Assembly (NCBI RefSeq): GCF_048403405.1
Contig: NZ_CP183129.1
Reading direction: 5' to 3' (one strand)
Length of the DNA stretch: 64,000 bases
Source: Escherichia coli
GTDB taxonomy: Bacteria; Pseudomonadota; Gammaproteobacteria; Enterobacterales; Enterobacteriaceae
Numbering within the stretch: position 1 is the first letter of the stretch; each line of letters starts with the position of its first letter. Shown here piece by piece: positions 26,501-33,860 of this stretch. Made by a program: the position numbers and the translations under genes. The notes beneath the pieces were generated by a model. That model saw nothing but the letters and a program-made list of their open reading frames with translations. It did no database searches and was not told where the DNA came from.

Positions 26501-26673
26501 TTTAATGTTATAGCATAACCATTTTTTTGGAAAATATATAAACATTGCATAAATCCAATTGAATCAAGACCTAATTTTATCAGATTGTCCTTATCTGAAA
26601 ATTTATTTTTGTCAATGTTTATTTGCTTGGAACATAATTCTTTTATGTTATTAATATCACTTAATATTTTCAT
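20569..26673 (-). CDS. nrpR: NRPS, HMWP2 (Irp2)-like: ArCP-Cy-A(with MT-like insert)-PCP-Cy-PCP
   Basis: N-terminal carrier LGLDSIG. Cy1 has FSLTPIQHAYFVGR and DMLIADGTS. A domain has YTSGSTGEPKG ... GRRDRQVKIGGYRIEPGEID, then a roughly 350-aa insert, then NGKID. PCP has GGDSLVA. Cy2 has FPLTDIQQAYLVGR and DNLFLDGMS. Terminal carrier has AGASSLQ. Confidence 0.9.
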   Translation of the reverse strand: MKILSDINNIKELCSKQINIDKNKFSDKDNLIKLGLDSIGFMQCLYIFQKNGYAITLKDLYLNPTIKGWYKILKKSDINKKERKDNIYTHKTIKNAGEFSLTPIQHAYFVGRLNKQTLGGVACQIYQEFDGTPKFTPESLEKALVLLSKRHPMLNIVFHQQGTQFWSPNPNRKYVTYHDFSKLPKDEYEKKLLQLREKLSHQVLNVESGQLIDFHMISLPNNRYRLCTNIDMLIADGTSYSLLFTELCLLLSGEILPQLDEHYDFYHYLQDKKQYENKESAYQYWKNKIPNLPDSPLLPLYMDPEKINKIKIKRLSWTFSSKEWKNFSNLAKENNITPSIALATCFSSVLARWTGQNSLLLNFTLFDRKPLAPAVNNIIADFTNVILLEMKTDNRPLISLSKDNQNTFIEAWQHSDYSGIDIIRDLRKNGTHPYGCPVVFTSHINQPLIDKNIESVLGSIGWGISQTPQVWLDHMAINKSGNIVLQWDYNNDLFRNDVITTIFDVYISRIRQLANDPNAWIETQPDLIPKKQLKNRISVIKKDNSLLPHTLHKSIFHNYSNSSKIAVIDIDSQEWSYKKLLSKATILSDQIIQQGYKPEDRIGVCMPKGVGQIISVLAILLMGGTYVPIDVLQPEERINRIAKNAQLSLLIVSDSDPSYSIYATFCNRIVWQKVQPSENKPLHNIDISPHQAAYVIYTSGSTGEPKGVVVSHASAMNTCLDLNRRYNISDKDRVLAISALHFDLSVYDIFGVLNAGGTLVLVKEDERRNPDAWLRLINQHKITLWNSVPALFDMLLTYAEGIGSSIPQSLLLIYLSGDWIGLDLPTRYYNFCPDGQIVAMGGATEAAIWSNYFNVTTLDPSWSSIPYGYPLSNQRYRIVNARGEDCPDWVSGELWIGGAGVALGYLNDPEKTAQQFVKQNGENWYKTGDMGRYLPGGILEFLGRRDRQVKIGGYRIEPGEIDAAFNKLQGVQNAITLCLGNGNKEKALHSFVILNSGNYQDIISSNSTFSPLYYLRSTPINVQQQSQETAIIAGFLYDYLTEQNIDFDNLLSEKKSADDHSIIASYQSLMANWLNLIAQYPQTTLNSPPTNSTQRTLIENLQRHKNNLTDILKGKKSALTLFDDPYWSPEQVTMRIDGMHYSLENLLQQIRELHHSLKRPIKIIQLGARSGISANYILQRLPTNMVTLLLTDESLSMVTQANQNLSDYQNSYAEPLTEVFLHKNRYSADIIWMNNYLHRLDSPQKEIQKFVSLCAPSGMIFIQEVLHAPAQSLISISLLQQNGSDPADELLTAKKCKDIFSASTATYKSEGVNGEILTQLYQAPEKIYLPDKNKLEHDLRQFLPDYMIPKHIYFLTEFPLTANGKIDNQSLKLYCQEYQEEYLNQQPINGKEQIIITIWQKLLGTNKIHRHSHFFREGGDSLVAIRLISDLNHIGYQVELEHIFAYPILSDFAQNIKQSEVFEKQPAISHNEAYRYNPFPLTDIQQAYLVGRQNNFTLGGVGTHFFVHFIAENLDVPKLERTINQLISRHDMLRGVIINGQQQVLKKVPYYSVKTHYIPTEKSDAFLVLRAQLANIVYDPEIWPLFTIQVIKTKEQPDHIFISLDNLFLDGMSMQIFFSELKTLYMEPNHQFIPLDITFRDYIDCDAYPINTQNDWEYWLTRLPQLPPAPQLPLIKDPAQIVQPRFSRLQTSLSTSVWQALQQVAQQNNVTPAALLIAAYCATLSAWSKSPELTINLTLFNRHPVHPQINEVLGDFTSLQLLDWYTCDLWSNSISMMQKRLHKDMQHRSVSAIKVMREMAIQRQMSHIEIPVVFTCALGYKHDEGFLSHHSWLKPVWGISQTPQTWLDHQVYESDGELYLNWDFVEQLFDYTTIFSMFQQYEHILTKLATEPQSWQLPLNKLIPRCNNLVITPVFNAKNNQNTHYKQSTDTQKTGQTIQKLQQLVKQVIGITLAPETNFFEAGASSLQLVQLHAALQKNGYSHITITDLFASPNLSTLAQLLWQNTSPTCEQYSDRDKHKNKRKKRLQLRTHSR

Positions 26674-26693
26674 TTCTATACCTTAATTATGAG

Positions 26694-27431
26694 TTATTTA
26701 TGGCGGAGGATTGCCATTGGTACAGTACTTGAGCTAATGTTTTCATGGACCAATCCTTCTCTTGATGCCTCCTTAATTACTTGTTCAATTCCAAAAGTAT
26801 ACCAATCTCTTTCTATATTAAAATTTCGTATGACTTTATCGTCTTCTATGATTTTAAAATTCATATTCCAACGAATAGCCTCTTGATCTATAGGTTTGCC
26901 ACTTAAATAAATTTCATAGATATGGTTCCCTATTTTTTTACTATTTAATAGTATCTTAGAAATGTTACAAGGCGTATTAAACGGCATTGTATCTACCAAA
27001 ATAGCACCTTTTTTTTCTAGCCCATTTGCAAGCTTATTCCATAATATTTTTCTATCATTCTGATTAAAATATCCTATACAGCCACATATAATAGCGGCAG
27101 AAAATGATTTTGGTAGAATGGTATTTTGAAATGTATCAGCAATCACAGTTACTTGGTGTTGTATTTCAGGTAACATCATAATTCTTGTCATTAGGCCAAT
27201 ACGCATAGATGCAGACGGTTCAATTGCAAAAATATGTATGTCTGGAAACATTTGCGCAATTATACTTAATTCTTGGCCAGTGCCGGAACCTATATTTAAC
27301 CAGTTGCCTGTTTTTACTCCCATAAACTTCAAGGATTTTATAAATGTATCTTTACGAGTTTCCCAATGAGGTTCGCTTAAAATATCATACATTTCAGCAG
27401 ACTGAGTATAATAATCTTCATAGTTATCCAT
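26694..27431 (-). CDS. nrpY: Stand-alone SAM-dependent methyltransferase
   Basis: Motif I LNIGSGTGQE. About 245 aa. It sits between the MFS gene and the NRPS in the same operon. Confidence 0.75.
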   Translation of the reverse strand: MDNYEDYYTQSAEMYDILSEPHWETRKDTFIKSLKFMGVKTGNWLNIGSGTGQELSIIAQMFPDIHIFAIEPSASMRIGLMTRIMMLPEIQHQVTVIADTFQNTILPKSFSAAIICGCIGYFNQNDRKILWNKLANGLEKKGAILVDTMPFNTPCNISKILLNSKKIGNHIYEIYLSGKPIDQEAIRWNMNFKIIEDDKVIRNFNIERDWYTFGIEQVIKEASREGLVHENISSSTVPMAILRHK

Positions 27432-27462
27432 TCTGTAATTACCTTATTCAATTTCCTACTAA

Positions 27463-28776
27463 TTATACATATTGCTCAAAATTGTTTGATGAAATATTTA
27501 GTTTAAGGCGTTTTTTTATTAATTTAATGGAAATTAGTACTGCGATAAAAGTATAAATAGATGATATTGCAAAAACAAAATGATAAGACCAGTTCTCCGC
27601 TGTCCAAGTGCCTAATAGAGTAGCAATGATTGCTGTAAAAGCATTTGTACATTGGAAAATAGTGAAATCAATACCAGCTTGTTTCAATGAAGATAAGCTC
27701 ATTAAACCAGTGTAAAAAGAAACTAGTCCTGCAGAAAAAAGAATATATTTGAACCCTATAAGTAAAAAAAGTATTTCATGTGGGATATATTTTATTCCTA
27801 TAGCCATGGATATGAAAGTAAAAATTAAACCTTGTAAACCATAGGTAATGAAAATTGATTTCCATATGCCAAATACTTTTATTAATATACCACCTAAAAG
27901 TGTTCCAAATAGGCTTGCACAAAAATTGAAGCTTCCTATTAATAGTGCAATATTATTTAATGTAATATTTATATCTATTAATAGAGGTCCGGTAATCATA
28001 TCTGTGACTCTGTTACCTCCTTCTAATAAAACTACTAATAAAATACCAATTCTTACCTCTTTTCGATTAAATGCATATGATAATTTGGGTATATGGTAAG
28101 TTTCAGATGTGGTTAGTCTATCTGATTCTTTAAAGTAGAGTGTTGGAATTGTAAGTAATATGATGGTTAGAGCTGATATAGCAAATGCAGTATTTAAGCT
28201 AAAATAACTGGAAATTAATAAAAAACCACTAGTGCCTAATAATGCTCCTATTTCTCCTCCGCCAACTTGGGCAATATTTCCCCACCCTCTATTACTTGCC
28301 TTAATCTGTTCTACCGCCATGCCATCACATGCAATGTCAATAGTCGATGTTAAGAATGCACATAGGATAAATATTCCAAAAATCCAAAGATTATTCAGTT
28401 TGCTTATATTATCGTTAGGGTTTATTAGAATAAGTAAAAAAACTAAAAGAGCAACCAATGATTGACCAATAAGAATCAAGTTACGTGAACGGCGAAATTT
28501 TTTTCCAAAAGGTAATCTCAGGCGTTCAATAAATGGAGACCATAAAAATTTAAGTGTCCAAGGAAGCATAAAAAGTGAAGTCAATCCAATTAAAGAGAGA
28601 GAAAATCCTTCACTTCTTAGTAAGGTTGGTACAGATTGCATGATAATCATTGATATAAGGGTTTGGGTGATATAAACCCCACCTATAGCCATAATGATCC
28701 TTCTGTTGGCTGATAACTCATAACAGATTGATTTATAGCAGCAATGATCCTTTTGTTTTTTGTCATTGGTTTGCAC
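27463..28776 (-). CDS. nrpX: MFS transporter (YbtX/AmpG-like)
   Basis: About 12 predicted hydrophobic spans. It is the first gene of the minus-strand operon. The start could be the internal Met (MAIGGVY), about 28 codons downstream. Confidence 0.75.
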   Translation of the reverse strand: MQTNDKKQKDHCCYKSICYELSANRRIIMAIGGVYITQTLISMIIMQSVPTLLRSEGFSLSLIGLTSLFMLPWTLKFLWSPFIERLRLPFGKKFRRSRNLILIGQSLVALLVFLLILINPNDNISKLNNLWIFGIFILCAFLTSTIDIACDGMAVEQIKASNRGWGNIAQVGGGEIGALLGTSGFLLISSYFSLNTAFAISALTIILLTIPTLYFKESDRLTTSETYHIPKLSYAFNRKEVRIGILLVVLLEGGNRVTDMITGPLLIDINITLNNIALLIGSFNFCASLFGTLLGGILIKVFGIWKSIFITYGLQGLIFTFISMAIGIKYIPHEILFLLIGFKYILFSAGLVSFYTGLMSLSSLKQAGIDFTIFQCTNAFTAIIATLLGTWTAENWSYHFVFAISSIYTFIAVLISIKLIKKRLKLNISSNNFEQYV

Positions 28777-28870
28777 TCTATTAACCCACCTTAATATTCA
28801 TGTTTTCTGTTACTCAGCACACTTTCATAAGTATATATAATTTTCATGCTCAAAATGTGATCAACCTCAA

Positions 28871-28903
28871 ATAATAATAACAATGCAAATGATATTAATT
28901 CGC
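28871..28903. promoter_or_regulatory. Candidate Fur-box region in the divergent nrpX / receptor intergenic
   Basis: ATAATAATAACAATGCAAATGATATTAATTCGC contains several NATWAT-type hexamers. The best 19-mer, GCAAATGATATTAATTCGC, matches about 12/19 of GATAATGATAATCATTATC. Confidence 0.4.
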
Positions 28904-28948
28904 ATTAACATTTCGGCGTAAAGTGCCATTGCACATTTTGGGGTTTAT

Positions 28949-30937
28949 ATGGAAAATAAAGGAACTTTATTTAAATCTATATCTTTTGTAGCGGCTACAA
29001 TGGTAACAGTAAGCTCTGTAGCTGCCACAGAACAGCATGATAATACAATAACTGTTACTGCAACTAAGCGCATTCAAAGTAGTTTTGATGTAATTGGTAA
29101 TGTGAATGTTCAAACTGATGAACAGTTAAAAAAATCTTTAGTTAATCAAACTGATGATTTGAGCGCAGTTTTTCCTGAGTTGTTATCTGCAAACCGAAGT
29201 TCGCGTATTTATAACAATATGACTCTTCGGGGCCAATCTTCGGCCGATTTCTTTTCTCCAAGTTTGGGACTGTTTGTTGATGGTGCTCCCCAGCTTTCTC
29301 AATCGTATGCTCAATCTCTTCAAGGGGTTGAGCAAGTTGAGCTACTTAAAGGCCCACAAGGAGTTATTTATGGGCGTGGCACATTGGGAGGGATTATCAG
29401 TGTTATTACCAAAAAACCCAGTAGTCACGCTGAAGCATGGTTAGGGGGGCAATATTTTGGTCAAGGGGAAAGAATCAATACAGGAGGAAGCACTGGCTAC
29501 ATGGAAAACGGCTGGGCTTTTCAGGGGAATGTTAGTCTCGATAGAAATAATGGTTCTTTGAACAATCCAGCATGGGATAAAAAAAATGTTGATAGCAGAG
29601 ATATAAAAGCTGGATGGTTGTCTGCTAATTATATTTCCCCTGATACATTATTTGAGTCTAATTTAAAAGTAGGTGGAGAAAATTACCATTCTCATGAGGA
29701 ATATTTTGTTCCTTTTTCACCTCTTTCACGTTCAAAAATTGATACTGAATGGTTATATGAAACACCTAATCTTAAACGTAAATTAAAAAATATTTCCTGG
29801 AATACAGGTTATGATTTTAATGATGAATGGAAGTTTAAAACGATACTTTCTTATCAAAATATGGATATAGATAGATTGTTTATGGACGGAACGTTACAAG
29901 ATGATTCTCAGGATATTTTGTATTCAGAAGCAAGAGCTAATTATGAGGGGGGGGATTTAAGTGGAATTATAGGGGTATCATTTCAAAAGATGGGTTATAG
30001 ACATGATAATTTATCTGTAGGGAAAGTCGGAATGGGAGGAAAAAAATCTGATAATGATATTTATAATTACTCTGGATATTTTGATGGTGCATACAGGATA
30101 AATGACAATTGGGAGTTAGGTGCAGGGGCTCGTTTTTCTCACGAAAAAGCAAAAACTCGAATGATTATTTTAGAAAAAGGAAAAGGTGAGTCTAATTATA
30201 ATAATAATGCAGTTTTTAATGCCTTTATTCCACGAGCAAGTATCGCCTGGCTTCCAAATGAGCAGAATCGTATATGGTTTGGAGTTGGCCGCGGTTTTAA
30301 ACCTGGTGGTTTTAACAAAGAAGGGGTTGATAAACTAGCTCTGACTTCTTATAAATCGGAAATTGCCACGGAAATGGAATTAGGTTGGAAATGGCACAGT
30401 GTTAATGATAACCATATGGCCGAAATTACTTTATATCAAATAGATAGTAAAGATGTTCAAGGATATGTAGGTGTTATTGGTTATCAGGCATTATCTAATA
30501 TGGGAGATTCAAGAAGTCGAGGGATAGAATATCTTTGGAAATCAAAGCTTACCCCTAATCATAGTATTTCACTGGGTGGCATGTTCAATCAATCAGAGTT
30601 TACCAGTGGAGAACATAAAAATAAAAGACCTGCTTATACTCCTAGTTATAGTTCATTAATTTCATGGGAGGGCTTATATGGCAAGGAGCAAAAGTGGTCT
30701 TCTCGGATTGCAGTCAGATTTAATGGACCATTTTACTTTAATGAGCAAAATAATTTAGAACAAGGGCATTATACTGTTGTTGATGCATCAATATCATGGC
30801 ACCCTACAAAGCAATATGAACTTAGTATCTATGCGAAAAATATTGGTGATGCTTTATATCGAACGTATGCATTTGGTAATAAAGCACAGCTAGGTAATCC
30901 GAGAGAGATTGGGGTTCAGGGAAGTATTAACTTTTAG
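28949..30937 (+). CDS. TonB-dependent siderophore outer-membrane receptor (FyuA-like role)
   Basis: Signal peptide, TonB-box-like TITVTATK, plug motif LLKGPQGVIYGRG, beta-barrel length, and C-terminal ...GVQGSINF ending in Phe. Confidence 0.9.
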   Translation: MENKGTLFKSISFVAATMVTVSSVAATEQHDNTITVTATKRIQSSFDVIGNVNVQTDEQLKKSLVNQTDDLSAVFPELLSANRSSRIYNNMTLRGQSSADFFSPSLGLFVDGAPQLSQSYAQSLQGVEQVELLKGPQGVIYGRGTLGGIISVITKKPSSHAEAWLGGQYFGQGERINTGGSTGYMENGWAFQGNVSLDRNNGSLNNPAWDKKNVDSRDIKAGWLSANYISPDTLFESNLKVGGENYHSHEEYFVPFSPLSRSKIDTEWLYETPNLKRKLKNISWNTGYDFNDEWKFKTILSYQNMDIDRLFMDGTLQDDSQDILYSEARANYEGGDLSGIIGVSFQKMGYRHDNLSVGKVGMGGKKSDNDIYNYSGYFDGAYRINDNWELGAGARFSHEKAKTRMIILEKGKGESNYNNNAVFNAFIPRASIAWLPNEQNRIWFGVGRGFKPGGFNKEGVDKLALTSYKSEIATEMELGWKWHSVNDNHMAEITLYQIDSKDVQGYVGVIGYQALSNMGDSRSRGIEYLWKSKLTPNHSISLGGMFNQSEFTSGEHKNKRPAYTPSYSSLISWEGLYGKEQKWSSRIAVRFNGPFYFNEQNNLEQGHYTVVDASISWHPTKQYELSIYAKNIGDALYRTYAFGNKAQLGNPREIGVQGSINF

Positions 30938-30946
30938 GGTATAGTA

Positions 30947-30979
30947 AAATCCGCCTGCGCCAAAAAGCGGGTTTTTATT
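30947..30979 (+). terminator. Rho-independent terminator candidate after the receptor gene
   Basis: AAATCCGC / GCGGGTTT stem (one G-U pair) with a 12-nt loop, followed by TTTTTATT. Confidence 0.45.
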
Positions 30980-30989
30980 GTCAGCCTTA

Positions 30990-31606
30990 AACCACCACCT
31001 AAGCAGGTGATGATTGACCCTGTGAGGCTATAGCCTGAAGGAAACCCATGTTAAAAAACTACCTCTTACTCACCACAAGTAAAGAGGAAATAACATGGGT
31101 TTATACAGAAGTTCATCACATGTGTATTGACGTTGCAAATATCATCTAGTTTGGACTCCTAAATATCGTTATAATATATTGAAAGATAAAGTAGGAAAAG
31201 AGCTTTATAGAATAATTTATATTCTCTGCATTATGAAAGACTGTGAAGTATTGGTGCTAAATGTTCAGCCAGACCATGCTTATTTAGTTGTAATGATCCC
31301 ACCTAAACTATCAATATCAACACTAATGGGAGTCCTGAAAGGACGTAGTACGATAAGGTTATATAATCGATTTCCACATATACGTAAGAAACTTTGGGGT
31401 AATCATTTTTGGGCTAGGGGATATTTTGCTGATACGGTGGGGGTTAATGAAGTCATCATTAGGCGTTATGTAAGGCATCAGGATAAAGTTGATCAAGAGC
31501 TCGACCAACAAATGGAATTGTTGGGGGATTAATAAAGAATATAGCCCCCTTATAGGGGGCCCAATTTAAAACCACCTCTTTTAGAGGCGGTATTTTACAC
31601 CCGCCG
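30990..31606 (+). mobile_element. IS200/IS605-family (IS200-like) element, boundaries approximate
   Basis: Single Y1-transposase gene flanked by small subterminal hairpins: CACCT-aagc-AGGTG near 31005, GCCCCC-ttata-GGGGGC at about 31544-31560, and ACCACCTCT-ttt-AGAGGCGGT at about 31571-31591. Confidence 0.5.
31095..31532 (+). pseudogene. IS200-type TnpA (Y1 transposase) with an in-frame TGA
   Basis: MGLYRSSSHVY-TGA(31128-31130)-RCKYHLVWTPKYRYNIL...VQPDHAYLVVMIPPKLSISTLMGVLKGRS...FWARGYFADTVG. The stop replaces the conserved Trp before CKYH (TGG to TGA). Confidence 0.8.
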
Positions 31607-31703
31607 TTTTCTTTTTTTTCGGAAAACTAATTTCCTATTGAGAGCGCTTGCTTTTCTGCGCACAGTGTGCCTGTGACTTTATTTTGTTAACTCAGGACAG
31701 AAA

Positions 31704-32366
31704 ATGCGTATGAAAACTCTCCCGATATGTCTTGCCCTGACCTCACTGTTGTTGGGGGGCTGTGCAGACAAGCCAGCCCAGCCTACGGAAGCGGCGGCAG
31801 ACATCGCGATTCCGCTCAACGTCGGTTATGCTCAGCCGCTGCTCCCAGATATTTATCCGTCAGCCCCGGAAGTGGTGCGTTATGACCGTTACCGGCTGGT
31901 TGATATTTCGCCTTCACAGGCACAGCGTTACCCGCTGGAACAAATTGTTCATCTGCGTATTCCTGCTTCCGTCTCCCCGACAGTCGGGGATGCGCTACAT
32001 TATGCCCTGCGTGATTCCGGATATCGTCTGTGCACGTCCGATGGACAGGCGAACCACCTTTATCGTTTGCCGTTACCCGCTGTTCATTATCAGATGGGAT
32101 CGATCCGCCTGAATGTGGCGTTACAGATCCTTGTCGGTCCGGCCTGGCAGTTGTGGGTGGATGATGTGCAACGGGAAGTGTGTTACCGACTTCGTCCGGA
32201 ATACACGCCATCTGCGCCGGATGCAGGAATGAGCGGCGCTTCATCCGTCTCTGTGGTCACCCCACTTTCTGCGGGCAGTACGCCATTACCGGTGCCACCG
32301 GTGCTTAACACTTCCACTGGTCATACCGATGTGAATAAGGTTCATCGCGGAGGGTGGCTGAAATGA
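31704..32366 (+). CDS. pilL: PilL-like lipoprotein, first gene of the GI-type T4SS module (TIGR03748-like)
   Basis: Lipobox LLLGGC. It lies at the head of a translationally coupled plus-strand operon. Family call rests on synteny with the PFGI-1/ICEclc/ICEHin1056 class. Confidence 0.6.
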   Translation: MRMKTLPICLALTSLLLGGCADKPAQPTEAAADIAIPLNVGYAQPLLPDIYPSAPEVVRYDRYRLVDISPSQAQRYPLEQIVHLRIPASVSPTVGDALHYALRDSGYRLCTSDGQANHLYRLPLPAVHYQMGSIRLNVALQILVGPAWQLWVDDVQREVCYRLRPEYTPSAPDAGMSGASSVSVVTPLSAGSTPLPVPPVLNTSTGHTDVNKVHRGGWLK

Positions 32367-33103
32367 CTCATTCTGAAGAATTGTCCGTAACCCCATTACA
32401 TAAAAAAATTTACCGGGGGGTGATTGTGACGGGCGTGGTCGCCTGTGCTCTGGTGGCCGGTATCCCGCTGTTTATCCACAGTAATGTTATCAGTTCACAC
32501 TCAGAGGCTCTGTCACAACTCGGACAACGATTACAGGCGATTGAGATGAAGATGGCTGACTCTGTCACGGATGACCGGATGAATGCGCAACTGGACGTGC
32601 TCCGTCAGGGGCTGACGACGCTAAAACAGGATGTGGCATCACAGCGCGACACCCTCAGAACGGTGACAGCACAGCTGGCGGTGGCCGGCAAACCGGATGA
32701 ACAGATCGCCGTACTGTCTGACGGGCTGGAAAAACGGCTGGCACAACTGGAAACCCGCCAGGCACAGTGGGCACTGGCGTTACATCAGTTGCAGGAACAG
32801 CGTCAGCCGGAACAAAAAACGGTCAATCCCCCGGTTGTCAGGGCAAAACCCGCCACGCCGGAAACTTCCCGTCTCGGGGCTTCTGTCCGTCCATCCCGGA
32901 CCGTGCCGTTTCAGTTAACCGCGATTGAACAGCGGGGCGGTCGTCTTCTTGCCGCACTGGCTCCTGCGGATATTCGTCAGCTGGGGCAGGTACAGTTACT
33001 GCCGGTAGGCGGACGTTATCAGGGCTGGGAAATGACCGACATTCAGACTGATCGTGTGACATTACGTTATCAGGGGCGCACAGTGACGTTGCGCCTGCCA
33101 TAA
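32354..33103 (+). CDS. ICE transfer-region protein: N-terminal TM, coiled coil, C-terminal beta domain
   Basis: Overlaps the pilL stop. One TM (VIVTGVVACALVAGIPLFI) and a Q/L-rich coiled coil. No family recognised. Confidence 0.5.
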   Translation: MAEMTHSEELSVTPLHKKIYRGVIVTGVVACALVAGIPLFIHSNVISSHSEALSQLGQRLQAIEMKMADSVTDDRMNAQLDVLRQGLTTLKQDVASQRDTLRTVTAQLAVAGKPDEQIAVLSDGLEKRLAQLETRQAQWALALHQLQEQRQPEQKTVNPPVVRAKPATPETSRLGASVRPSRTVPFQLTAIEQRGGRLLAALAPADIRQLGQVQLLPVGGRYQGWEMTDIQTDRVTLRYQGRTVTLRLP

Positions 33104-33113
33104 AAGGAATGCC

Positions 33114-33851
33114 GTGATGAAAAACATAAGATGCGTGGTTTTACTGGGTGGGTGTCTGATGTCCGCACCGCTGACAGCTGCACAGTCTGTTTCCGGGGCA
33201 ACCCGACCGGTTCAGATTGAGGCGGGGAAATCGGCTGAGAGTCAGACACAGTCATTGCAGTATGAGGCGCAGGAATGGGGACTGAGTGCGGAGGAGTATG
33301 CCCGTTTTGAGGCGCTGATGAAAGGGCGGCGCGGTATTCAGTCTCCCGGACTGGATCCCCTGACGACATTGGGTATTGAGGCCCGGTCAGACGAAGAGCG
33401 CCGCCGGCTGGCTGAAAAGTGGGTACAGCAGGAATTTGCCAGGGCAGAAAAAGAGCTGGCGTTTCAGCGGGAAGTAGATGCTGCCTGGAAGCGGCTCTAT
33501 GGTCAGGTATTACCGGTCAGTCTGGGAACATTCGGCAGGATGGAACAGGGAACAGCGCAGCGCCGGCAGGCACTGTTTGTGCAGGCGGAAAATTGTAGCG
33601 CGTGTGATGCCCGTCTGGCTACTCTGCTGGCCGGCAAACAGCCGTTTGATATTTATGTGCTGGGGACAAAGGGGGATGATAACCGCCTGAGGGCTTGGGC
33701 CAGACAAAAAAATATCCCGGCAGAGCGCGTCAGAAAGCGGGAAATTACGTTAAATCATGATGGCGGTCTCTCGCTTCAGTACGGACTGACCACCACACCG
33801 GTGGTGATGCAACAGTTACCGGATGGGCGGTGGCGTCCGCTCACACCTTAA
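33114..33851 (+). CDS. ICE protein, PFL_4693 family-like (TIGR03759), thioredoxin-fold with CxxC
   Basis: Signal peptide, CSAC motif (ENCSACDARL), and position before the transglycosylase. Confidence 0.55.
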   Translation: MMKNIRCVVLLGGCLMSAPLTAAQSVSGATRPVQIEAGKSAESQTQSLQYEAQEWGLSAEEYARFEALMKGRRGIQSPGLDPLTTLGIEARSDEERRRLAEKWVQQEFARAEKELAFQREVDAAWKRLYGQVLPVSLGTFGRMEQGTAQRRQALFVQAENCSACDARLATLLAGKQPFDIYVLGTKGDDNRLRAWARQKNIPAERVRKREITLNHDGGLSLQYGLTTTPVVMQQLPDGRWRPLTP

Positions 33852-33860
33852 TCCGGAGGC

